Part shown: positions 26,722-37,131 of the stretch, one piece after another
How positions within the stretch are numbered: the first letter of the stretch is position 1
How the letters are laid out: each line of letters begins with the position of its first letter
From: Oikopleura dioica
Taxonomy: Eukaryota > Animalia > Chordata
Reading direction: 5' to 3'
NCBI GenBank assembly: GCA_907165135.1
Contig: OU015567.1
Coordinates: 3,906,001-3,970,000 of the forward strand
Length of the DNA stretch: 64,000 nt
Notes under the pieces: generated by a model
Seen by the model: the letters and a program-made list of their open reading frames with translations, nothing else
Told to the model about the DNA's origin: nothing
Database searches by the model: none
Translations under genes and position numbers: made by a program

Positions 26722-27756
26722 ATGTCGCTCGAAACTCTCAAATGGATCCGAGAAACGATCGCTGAGCTAGATGAAGAAATAACGGCGCTCAATTCGCCAA
26801 ATTCAGCAGCCACAAAAGAGAAAAAAGAATTACAGAAGAAACTCAAGGCAAAGCTGGACATCGCCATCGACGGGATCAAAGTGGAAGGTAACGAGTTAAC
26901 AAGAGAGCAGGCAAGTGCGATCAAATCCGCGGAAAATGCCCTGAACGAATTAACATACAGCGGGCGAGATTTCGATGAAACATCGGTGTTCACTTCCAAA
27001 GTAACACAAATTTACGAAATTTATATCGCCGATGACCCAAAATTGCACGAAATCTTCGCGTCAAAGGTTAAGCTGCGCTTCAGCCCTTCAATTTACTCGC
27101 GGCTTAAAAACGCAACAAAATCGACGAAAACTTGGATTGAGCTGCGCGAGTGGTTAAATTTAACATACGATTCGGGATTATCAGCGCTGCAACTCTTAAC
27201 AAGAGTAATGGAAACGCAATTCGACGAAAATTCACCGTGGAAAAAGTACGCGCAGGACATAGAAGATCGTATGGAGCCGGCTAAAGCCGCTATTTGCGCT
27301 CAAATCCGCCGAACCAAAATGAAAAAGAACCCGGGCACACAAGAAAACGACGATAGTAATGCTCCAACCGCGGATGACATATTCGACTTCGTTTCTGCGA
27401 GCATTATCGCGGGGCGATTGAAAGTCACGAAACCTTCGGTGCATGCACACATGGCCAATGAATGGGCTCAAATCTCAGATGCTCAAACAATCGCGACAAA
27501 AGTCGAATTCCTGATTTCTCAAACAACCAATCAGGGCGGATCAGTATTTTTCGCACGCCAGAGCCAGAAACCAAAGTCAAAAATGCCAATATGCAAATAT
27601 TTTGCCGCGGGGAACTGCAGAGTCAAAAACTGCAGATTTCGTCACGAGAAACCTAAACGACAAGAAGACCGCGGTAAGAAGACCAACACTTTCGTTGCTC
27701 AAGCAAATGAAGAAGAACGTCTACCAGAGGAAAATGAAGCGTCGGTTTTTCTATAA
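26722..27756 (+). CDS. gag: Gag-like protein with a C-terminal CCCH zinc finger
   Basis: 344-aa ORF after the 5' LTR; N-terminal coiled coil; CKYFAAGNCRVKNCRFRH near the C-terminus. Confidence 0.85.
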   Translation: MSLETLKWIRETIAELDEEITALNSPNSAATKEKKELQKKLKAKLDIAIDGIKVEGNELTREQASAIKSAENALNELTYSGRDFDETSVFTSKVTQIYEIYIADDPKLHEIFASKVKLRFSPSIYSRLKNATKSTKTWIELREWLNLTYDSGLSALQLLTRVMETQFDENSPWKKYAQDIEDRMEPAKAAICAQIRRTKMKKNPGTQENDDSNAPTADDIFDFVSASIIAGRLKVTKPSVHAHMANEWAQISDAQTIATKVEFLISQTTNQGGSVFFARQSQKPKSKMPICKYFAAGNCRVKNCRFRHEKPKRQEDRGKKTNTFVAQANEEERLPEENEASVFL

Positions 27757-30700
27757 ATGCTGGTAATGAGTGCGAATTATCAGCATGCTTATCGTGCAGC
27801 ACAAATATCACTAATTCTTTCTTCAACACAAAAATTACGCTTATGATGAATGGATTTACACTAAAAGTCACTGCATTGGTCGACAGCGGATCTGACAAAT
27901 GTATTTTGCCAATGCATCTCCTTCCATCGTCACTTCACAAGTTTATCGAGCCAACTTCAATGGAATTCCGCGGATGTGGAAGAATAAAATCAATTGGTAG
28001 GATATCCGCAATAGTGAAAGCTCACCAATCAAATTACAAATTCCGCGGTGTATGCTTTTACATCGTGAGAGAAGGTTTGCCGGCAATCCTCGGCAAAGAT
28101 TTTATCATAGGACACTCAAGCAGCGAGCACGGAAACTTCAAAATCGCCGGTTATGGAATGGAAATAATGATTCACTCTGGCCGAAGGGTCCTATTCCCTT
28201 GGTCAGAAGTCAACGCGCTGTTTAGGATGGAAGTCAGCAAATTAACGACGCAGCAAAAGGTGGAACTACTGGAGAAAACGAAAGAACTAAAACTCGACAA
28301 CACTATCTTCAAAGGTGAAAATTTCGAACGATTCATCAACATCCTCTTCCGAAAGCAAAAGTTTTCAAAGGGCCAAACGATAAAGTAGGCCTGTTTTCGG
28401 AGCAAGTGAGGATCCCGACAATCCCTGGATTAACGAAAAGCGCTCGACCGCGGCCAATAGCCAAACATCTGCAACCGAAAGTAGATGGTAAGATGGAAAC
28501 GATGCTCAATGGGAAGATAATCGAGGAGTGCCCCGACGGAAAGGGTTTTCACAGTCCACTAGTCATTGTCCCTAAAAAAGACGACGATATAAGAGTATGC
28601 TCCGATTTCAAGTCCGGGCTTAACCAGTGCCTCACAGAGGAGACGGACATCTGGAACGTGCCAAATATAGATTGTTTGTTTGCGGACATTGAGACTGGAA
28701 ACCACATCTTCTCTGACATTGATATAAACGCGGCATATTGGAACATGGAAATCCACCCAGACGACCGACATAAAACGAATTTTTATTATAAGGACAAGCT
28801 GTATCAGTACATCAGAATGCCGTTTGGAATGAAACACAGCGGCGACGCATTTTGCAAATGTGTCGCAAAAATGCTAGGGACGGTGAAGCTACAAAACAAC
28901 TTCAAAAGCTATGTGGATGATATATTGCTACATAGCCGTGACGAAGAAACGCATCTTCAGGTCTTGGAGCAGGTTTTGGATGCCTGCGAAAAATTCGGCG
29001 TCAAGCTGGGGGGAAAAAAGTGCAATTTCGGCCGGCGATCAACAAAATTCATGGGCCGACAAATTTCCGCGGAAGGGATAAGCATCCCAGAAGAAAACAT
29101 GAAAGCAATAAAGGAATTGCAGCCACCGCGGAACAGGAAGGAATTAATGTCAGTCCTCGGAACCCTTGGTTGGTGGAAAAGCTGGATCTCATGCAACGTT
29201 GGTGACCGAGTGGCCATCAACTCATTCAGCTCAATCGTCAAAGAAATGTCTGTGCTGAACAGGCAAAATAAACCATTTCAGTGGAATGACGACGCTCAAG
29301 CGAGCTTCGATAACGCAAAAAGGATCTTGGCAAGTAATAAGGTATTTAGTCTCCTGATTTTTCTCGACCATTTGTGGTCGTTTGCGATGCATCCAAAGTG
29401 GCTATTGGAGGAGCCATTATGCAAAAATTCGGCAACAAACAAAAACTGATCGCCGTTTATTCGAAAACACTGTCGTCAACAGAATCGAAATGGTCAACGA
29501 CGGAACGAGAAGCTTTCGCACTATTGATGACAATCGAGAAATTTTCATATTATTTGGAGGGAAAGCCATTCTTATGCCTCACCGATCACAAAGCTTTATG
29601 CGCCTTGGACAAGAAAATAATGGCAAACGACAAGCTCCAAAGATGGCAAGATCGACTCAGTAAGTTTCGATTTACAATTCAGTACATTAAAGGACAAGAC
29701 AATTGCCTGGCAGATATATTGTCACGACCGTGGCACAAAGTCTGTGCGAAAAACGAAAACCAAGCGACGAACTGGCAGGAAAATTCTACAATCCGGCCGG
29801 AGAGAGCGACCTCATAATTTATATCCCGTCATGGTGCGGTGGTGAAAGTTTACCACAGAAAATGCTCCTCGAAAACAAAGAAGTCGCCGCGGAAATTTAT
29901 GCTTTAAAATCAGCTGCCACAGGAGTTCTGAGCGAAAACGTACCTATCCTGGAGCTGCGGATAATTGAAAATGCTCAATCAGAAGATAAACTCATAGGTA
30001 CAGTAAAAACTTTGTAGAAAACAAAATATCCGCGGAAAAATGGCAAGTCCCAGATAGTCTTTACGGCATAGAATCATACAAACGCTGGTCGAAAAATTGG
30101 AAATCCATCCGGAGAGTAAAGCCTTGACGATCAACTGGGGGGAAAAGAAGTGCCTTGTGCTTCCCAAAAGCCTTATTCCTCACTATTTAAAAGCTGCTCA
30201 TCACAAAGCGCACACCGGAGTTGATCGAACAAGGGAATTGCTATCATGGTCGTGGTGGCCCGACCAATTGGACGATATCCGCGGATTTGTCTCAAGTTGC
30301 GACATTTGCCTGAAAAGAAAAGGCCAGGACATGCAGAAAGGTAAACCAGATATGCAGACCCTTTACCGTGCCAAGCGACCATGGGAAATCATTTATGTCG
30401 ACTTTATACAACTCGAGCGATCGAAAACCGGTAAATCATACGCATTAACCATTATGGATGGATACAGTCGTTTCTTGTCAGTTTATCCGACTGCGAGGTG
30501 CCGAGCAAGTGACGCTGCTCGCCAAATTATGCGTCACATTCTATTGTACGATTTCCCGAAGATTATCAGCAGCGACCAAGGTAAACATTTCCGAAATGAA
30601 ATGCTGAGTGAGCTTTGTCATTTGCTTGGAGTCAAGCAGAATTTACATGTTCCTTATCGCCCGGAAAGTACTGGATGCCTAGAGCGATCGCACCGTGTTC

Positions 30701-31347
30701 TCAAAAATGCGTTATATGGAATCGCCTTGGAACGAAATCTGTGTTGGGAATTAGTTCTACCATCAGTGGTGAGTACTATGAATAAATGCAAAAATGTGGC
30801 AACGCGCGTCTCGCCATTCGAAATTATTTACGGAAGAAAACCTTCGTTCGACGGAATACAAATGGCCGAAAACCCATCCGCGGATTCTCCAAAAACGTAC
30901 GCCACTGAAATAGCCGCGACCCTAAGCCGCGTCCACAAGCTCGTCGATTTAGCTCAATCGGAAGCAGACCTCGTCGCTAAAAATAAGGGAAAATCTATAA
31001 TTGAACCAATAACGATAACCAAAGGCGACAGAGTTCTGCTAAAAAGACCCATGTCCGCGGAAACGAAGGAGAGCAAGGGCGCTTGGAATGGACCCTTTGA
31101 AGTGGTGGACACTAATGGCGTTATAGTTCGACTGGACATTAGTGGAAAGCTCAGTTGGGTACACCGACATCACTGTATTCTCTACAAGGACCGTCCACAG
31201 CACCTGGACCCGGATTATTGCGGCCAAAATCAACCCGAGAACCCCGTTGTTAAGAAACGACCCGACGCTGAACCGGCCTCATCGTTCACCGAAAGATATC
31301 CGCGGCGCGCCCGGAAAAAGACTGTACCTTTCCAAGCAAGATCATAA
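27738..31347 (+). CDS. pol: Pol polyprotein (protease, RT, RNase H, integrase), split here by five 1-bp deletions
   Basis: LVDSGSD; RMPFGMK and YVDDILL; VCDASKVAIG, TEREAFA, TDHKAL, ADILSR; HHKAH...CDIC, YVDFI, SDQGKHF, LERSHR, WNGPF. Confidence 0.93.
27744..27802 (+). promoter_or_regulatory. Candidate -1 ribosomal frameshift signal (G_GTT_TTT, 6-nt spacer, 11-bp stem)
   Basis: Pol is in the -1 frame and open from 27738; ATGCTGGTAAT (27757-27767) pairs with ATTATCAGCAT (27776-27786) with one G-U. Confidence 0.7.
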
Positions 31348-31466
31348 CAAATCATTTATTATCACTATTTGATCAGAAAAGACAACGAGGAGGCTTCAAG
31401 TCGACGAACCCGCTCTCGTCACCAACTTGGACTCTGCGTCGGTCAACCTTCACGCCAGTCGAATCT

Positions 31467-31472
31467 GGGGGA
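31467..31472 (+). other. Short polypurine tract before the 3' LTR
   Basis: GGGGGA immediately before TGTTGTG at 31473. Confidence 0.6.
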
Positions 31473-31665
31473 TGTTGTGATCGCGAATCTGCCGATTCCC
31501 TTATTTGGAGATTCGCCTCGTGCACCTGCTGTTCATAACTTTCGCCGGCGCAAGCCTCGTTTTCTGTTCACTCTTTAACTTGAAAACTAGCCTAATATAC
31601 GCTTTTATAAAAACCGCGGATAATTGCTCTCCAATTCTCTTGCAAGGCAAATCGTTACCACAACA
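31473..31665 (+). repeat. 3' LTR
   Basis: Matches the 5' LTR; followed by TSD ACAT. Confidence 0.95.
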
Positions 31666-32156
31666 ACATCTCAAAAAAATTTCCTTTTTCTCGCGGATAT
31701 GCTTCTTCAGAACCTGTTATACAATTATGAATTCACCACATTCGACAAAGTGCCGCCGTAATACGTACTATTTAATGACTTATGAGTAGGTTTCAGACTA
31801 ATTGCCCAGGTATTTCATTTACATCGGAAGTGTTCGCTGACCTTTACCATGAAAAATAACAATTATTCTAGCTTATGGGGAGCCTTTTTCTGAATAAAAA
31901 ATACAAATCAGGAGTAAGCGTTTCCTCAATCACGAAAAACGGAAGTTAAAAAATACTCACTCGCCTTCAAATTATGATTTTACAATGGCTTTCCCTTTTA
32001 TTTACGAGAAAAGATGCGAAACCGGCTGAACCGGGGCCAAGAGAATTTGGAAAGATCTGGAATTTTCAGTGGAAATTTTCATTGAATAGGGATGAGAAAT
32101 TTATTGGCAATAAATTATTCCTAAAAAATTGAGTTTTTCAATGATCATTCCTCTTT

Positions 32157-32465
32157 TTGCCAACAATAACAAAAGAACCTACGATTCCAGAACCAGTTAT
32201 TACGGTGGGACCAAAAATCGAGAATCAAAAAGAAACTACTCCTCCTCCTCTTGCTACTCCTCCGCCTGTATTTTCGCCCGGTTTCTACCGCGGCTCCCAG
32301 AAAGCCTTCCCGTCATTTCCTGGTTGCAAGCGGCCCTGTTCGGGTGTCGGGGAATGTGCAGCGCATATTTGTGATGGGTACTGTTGTAAGAGAGACACGC
32401 AGGCATGTCCGGAACAGGCCCGTGCTCTTGTAGGAAACGGATCAATCTTTGTTTCTAGTTTTTAA
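32157..32465 (+). CDS. Small Pro/Thr-rich protein with a C-terminal Cys-rich module
   Basis: ETTPPPLATPPP followed by CKRPCSGVGECAAHICDGYCCKRDTQAC; 5' end unclear. Confidence 0.45.
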   Translation: MPTITKEPTIPEPVITVGPKIENQKETTPPPLATPPPVFSPGFYRGSQKAFPSFPGCKRPCSGVGECAAHICDGYCCKRDTQACPEQARALVGNGSIFVSSF

Positions 32466-32629
32466 AGTACAAGTTAACTAATTTTGATTGAATAACAGTG
32501 AAGTGTGTTATCAATATTTTGATCTCAACGGAAAGAAGGAACAACATATGAGTGTATTACGTGGTTTGGGAAAAGGCTTAAGAGATTTATGATGTTTTTT
32601 GACTTAGCGAGCAACCAATCTGAAAGCCT

Positions 32630-34296
32630 TTGAAAAGCGATCGCTCTGAAATGCCTGCTCCAGAGCTGACCTTTGTTCTTGGCCCAAAATCAAAACCATC
32701 TTGGGCAGAAGAGTCTGAGTCCTCTTCTAATGTTGCTGAAATCATAGAAGACTCCTGCGCCTGCTCCGTTGAAGACCTTCCCTCTGAAGCTGGACAAATG
32801 AAAGCCGAGTGCACCAGCTCTAGAAATGAGGGCGAATGCAAATGTTCATTTTCTTGCAAAAATTCTCCAGAAGCAAAGACAACTGTGGCGACCTGCAAGC
32901 TGACTCATTCGAGAGTTGGTGTTTCGCGATATTTGAACCTTGAATCAGAAACGGAACTGGTGCTTGATCAAATTTATGATTTCGACAAAAACAGCTCGAT
33001 GGAAAAATTTGTCAGAGCGGAAAGACTGCAAAAGGCGGATTATATCTGGCAATATCCCAAGCTCGGCTTTATGGTAGGACATTCATCTGTAGAGATCGGC
33101 GTAAAAGGCGATTTCTAGTGCGATGAATTGGACTGCAAAATGCGAATTACTAGCAATCTTCCTGAATTCCGATCAAAAACGAGTTTTGTTGATTCTGACA
33201 CTCCAAAGGCAGCCGCGACAAAGAACCCTGTTTTGTCAGAAGAACAAGGTTGGTACTTGACGTTTTCTGATGAGTTCAACAAAAAAGAGCTCAACAAGCT
33301 GAAATGGAGCGGGGTAGATCATCATCGAGGCTTTTTTGACGGAAAATCTGTGGGTCGTTACAGGCATTGTTTTTCATTTCCTCTTCCTTGATCTCACTAA
33401 CAATGAAAATACAAAAACAGCTGGTACTGGCGCGAGAGAAATCTCAATTTTCGAGCTGGAAAGCTCTCCCTCGGCTTCGAACACGACTGGACAATGCATG
33501 ATAAAATTGGTACTCCAGTTCTTTCCTCCGCCCATATCAATTCCGACTGCAAGTTTGCGCAGCAATACGGCTTTTTCGAAGCTCGAATCAAAGTTGTCTA
33601 TCCAGAGGGCCGGCAATCTGCATTCTGGTTGAATTCGAATTACGTTAGAAGCTCTAGAATTGAAGGAAAATGAATGAAATTAAGGGAACGCTGGGAAAAG
33701 GCAATACTTTTGAAAATTTTGTACCAACTGGAAATGCGTCAAAAGGTGAGTTGCACCGAAAAACCGTCCTCCATGATTTCAGGCGCTGAGATCGACATTA
33801 TGGAGGCGAACTATAAAACTGACGCGTACACAACCAACATTCACTGGGACGGATACCATGAGCATCATAAAACTTCTTTCGGAAAAGTGTGGACTTGGAA
33901 TGACCAGGGAAAACGAACCCTTCTCACTGATCCGATAAAATATCACAACTTCGGGCTCAAATGGACTCCTGATGCTATTGGTAATGAATATAGTAAAGAT
34001 AGTTGAGGTTCTTATTTTAAGAATTCTACTACGACGGGAAAAAGAAAAGAAGAGTGACTGATAAAAACGCGATTCCGCACACGCCGCTGTATGTAATTTT
34101 GTCAGGGGGAATTTTCGACTCAACCTGGAGCGATGGAGAAATCAAGGCTGCTGAGTTTCCGGATTATATGCTTGTAGGAACGAGTTTAAAAAAAGGGACC
34201 GGAGTTGATGATTGATTTTTCGACTCGTTGAAAGATTGGGTTCGGGTTTACCAGCATCCCGATTTCGAAGATGCTGTCGATCATAATAATCTTTAA
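32630..34296 (+). CDS. Glycoside hydrolase family 16 (beta-glucanase/laminarinase-like) with a Cys-rich N-terminal extension, multi-exon
   Basis: WYLTFSDEFN, KFAQQYGFFEARIK, SAFWL, catalytic GAEIDIME (33788-33805), NIHWDGY, YHNFGLKWTPD, FPDYML, DWVRVYQ. Confidence 0.85.
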
Positions 34297-34387
34297 AAAC
34301 TATAAATTGTCATTTTTATCGAGTTTTCTTTTTTTATTCTGAAATTAACATGTTATAAAAGTTCAGATGAGAATAAAACCAGCATCA

Positions 34388-34824
34388 TCAAACGAACGCT
34401 TCTTTTGTTTTTCTTTCCGCCACTTTTTGCCATTTTCCGTTCACTTTCACGCGTTTGATCGTGAAATTCTTCTCTAGAAGAATTTTATTCTTCTTCTTCT
34501 CTTTTTCTCTCTCCTCTTCCCTCTTCTTCGCTAATTTTTCTCGATGACGTCCATCTCGGATTGCGAGAATGCAAATTTTCAACCAGCCCCACAAAGCCAA
34601 GACCACAGAGCACAGACCACCCATCAGAAACATAAAGAGACAAAACCAAAGAAGCCATACGTAAACAAAAATAAGGTCCAAATCCAATTAAAAATTATTA
34701 CCAAAACTACGAAAAAATCACTCGCGGAGGAATCATTTGAGAGACCTCGGAGACCTCTTGCTCTGAACCTCCCACCTCGAGCTGCCATTCCATTTATAAG
34801 AAGAAAAAATTTTATAACTTTCAT
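34388..34824 (-). CDS. Divergent member of the RGG/TM membrane microprotein family (one apparent 1-bp deletion)
   Basis: MKVIKFFLLINGMAARGGRFRARG, hydrophobic segment, Lys/Glu-rich tail; frame switch at TGTTTCTGA near 34630. Confidence 0.45.
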
Positions 34825-35031
34825 CCTTTCGCTGCTCCACTCGTTTACGTTAGTTATCAAAGCCGCGTTCTCAGCCTCTCCAGCGATTTTGAATGACGAA
34901 TGATTGGATTGAAGAAATGGAAAAAAGAAATTCTAATTGGGAGATTTTTTATTTGCTTTTTCTTATTACGTAACACTGCTTAATTTTAGGTTTAAATGCT
35001 CTGACAAAGCGATTTCAAAGAAAAAGCTTAA

Positions 35032-35417
35032 GGGGGTAGAAACAGCTTTTTTCGAAAAAAGGCGATTTTTGACTGGCTCTACAGACGAGAGAATCTTAGA
35101 TTGTCAAAATTTCTCTTCGGGTTCGGACTGATACATCTTAGATCTAGAAACATCTCACTTGAAATTTATTTAAGTCATCCAATTATTGAGTAAGCGGGCT
35201 CGGAAGCAACTCATCTCTCCGAAATTCCCGATTTTCGCCAATTTTCAAACTCGAATAACTCGAGTCACGTTATAGCTAAACAAGTTTGATTCATATTTTT
35301 GTGAAGTTCAACCCCTTTTCTAGGAGCATTTACGAGTAAATTCCCTTAAAATAAGTAAATTTTATGTTTTCTTTTATGCGGCTACAGTCCTAAATCGAGA
35401 GAGCTGTTTCTACCCCC
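35032..35417. mobile_element. TTAA MITE, copy 1
   Basis: TIR GGGGGTAGAAACAGCT / AGCTGTTTCTACCCCC; TTAA at 35028-35031 and 35418-35421. Confidence 0.85.
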
Positions 35418-36117
35418 TTAAGGGTACCTGGGTCGAGATGGCCATCTTTGAGGGTAAATTACTATCCTCAATTCTTAACGAAAAAGCTCCTCAATAGCTC
35501 ATTCAACAGATCTATCCTAGATCTCGGATCGTGACAGAGCAGTTTTTTCGATTTCAAAAATTTTTTTCAGAAAAAATGCCCTCAAAGTTGGCGTCTCGGC
35601 CTAAAATGGCCAACTTTGACGCTAAATTCAGGCGAAATTTTTCATACAAACATTTTTTTTCTTTATGGATACATAAAGTCTAAAGCCTCCTCTTCAATCG
35701 TGACAGAACAGATATTTGGATTTCAAAGATTTTTTTAACAAAATTTTCAGAAGATTGGTCTAATCTTCACAAATTCCGCATTTTTGCTCTGTAAGCTTCC
35801 ATTTTCCCCGGTTTTGAACTGAATTTAATTTTCTTGGGAAATTTTAAGCTTCACTACGATGTTAACCAGGCCATAAGCTTTCATTTAAGCCCATAATCAG
35901 CAAAATTGGAGATGAAAAATTTTTCGTCAAAACTTGAGGCACTAGCATTTCCAATAGATTTTATACTTTACAGTGGTTTTTGACCGTGAAAACGTTTAGA
36001 TAGCCATAGGGTCATTATAGAGTTTTTTGTTCCTCAGAACCTGAAGAATTCGATTCTTTGGTCAGAAAATGGTTTAAGGGGGTACCCAAACTCGACCTAG
36101 GGGTAAAAATAGGTTAA

Positions 36118-36513
36118 GGGGGTAGAACTAGGTTTTTCGAAAAAAGCCGATTCTAGACCGGCGCTCAAAGCCAGGAGAGCTTAGATTTTAAAATTCTCTC
36201 TTTGGCTGAAGATAGAACAAACCTAGATCTAACAACATTTTTCTTAATTTTTTTTTTCGTCAACATATTTTGGCGTTAGAGAGCGAAACTTCGACCCACC
36301 TCTTCGAAAGTTGAAATTTTTGCATATTCGCGTCCTCGAATTTCTCGAGTCACGTGACTACCCAAAATTTTTAAATCTCATTTTAAGATTATTTAACCCT
36401 TTATCTAGCAACATTTTTGAGGAAATTGCGTAATCATAAGTAAAAAAAGGTTTTTGTTATTAAAAGGTGCCTCCCAAAAATCACGATTTCTCGAAAAATC
36501 AAGTTCTACCCCC
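36118..36513. mobile_element. TTAA MITE, diverged colinear relative of copy 1
   Basis: TIR GGGGGTAGAACT / AGTTCTACCCCC; TTAA on both sides; shares TCGAAAAAAG, TAGATCTA and CTCGAGTCACGT with copy 1. Confidence 0.85.
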
Positions 36514-36543
36514 TTAATGCAGCAATAATGCTCGCGATTATTT

Positions 36544-36864
36544 TTATTGACCAGCTAAAGGAATATTCTCTCCGGACTCGTCTTCTTTCTCGTCGGTTTT
36601 ATCAACGCTGCACCAGCAGCAACAGGCGATAAGAACGAAGACAGCAGCTATTCCAGCAATCCATTCCTAGAAATTTTTAACAATCATTTTCATTTGGGAG
36701 TCATAATTTACCCAAAATTCGGCGATAAAATAACCCGAACCGTTACCACCAGATCTTCCTCTTCCTCCTCGGCTACCTCCACCTCCTCTTCCTCCTTTGG
36801 CCGCCACAAAGTTCTGCGTAATAAAAAGAATGAAAATTTGAATGCTTTTTGTATTTTTTCTCAT
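36544..36864 (-). CDS. RGG/TM/Cys-cluster membrane microprotein (2 exons)
   Basis: MRKN...FVAAKGGRGGGGSRGGRGRSGG...AEFW | EWIAGIAAVFVLIACCCWCSVDKTDEKEDESGENIPLAGQ*. Confidence 0.75.
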
Positions 36865-37131
36865 ATTTGAATTCTCCTGTTTTTGATGGAAAAAGAAAGC
36901 TTCAGTTGACCGAGAAAATGAGTTTATACGGTATATTTGTTTGAAATCCCAAGGGTCAATAATAGACCGTCTATTAGGCGGTACTTTCAAATTCGTGCTT
37001 ATTCATCAACTCATCCCTCTCTTCGAAAAGAACGTGAAATGATAGATGAGAAGCTCGTCAAAAAAGATCGAAGAATTTTGAAAAAATTATAATAAATTTA
37101 TTTATTCACAAATTTGAAAAAAGTCGTTTTT

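Larger units (their letters stand above)
26253..31665 (+). mobile_element. Full-length Ty3/Gypsy LTR retrotransposon (Tor-like, no env)
   Basis: Two 193-bp LTRs, identical by eye, TGTTGTG...CACAACA; 4-bp TSD ACAT (26249-26252 / 31666-31669); order gag-PR-RT-RNaseH-IN. Confidence 0.97.

Noticed and set aside
31348-31472. env gene in the retrotransposon
   Set aside because: Only ~125 nt lie between the integrase stop and the 3' LTR, and the leader is 276 nt, so there is no room
36760-36810. Orthology of the microproteins to Shadoo/prion proteins
   Set aside because: Similarity is limited to a low-complexity KGGRGG start; there is no Ala-rich hydrophobic core or GPI signal, and a TM with cytosolic tail instead
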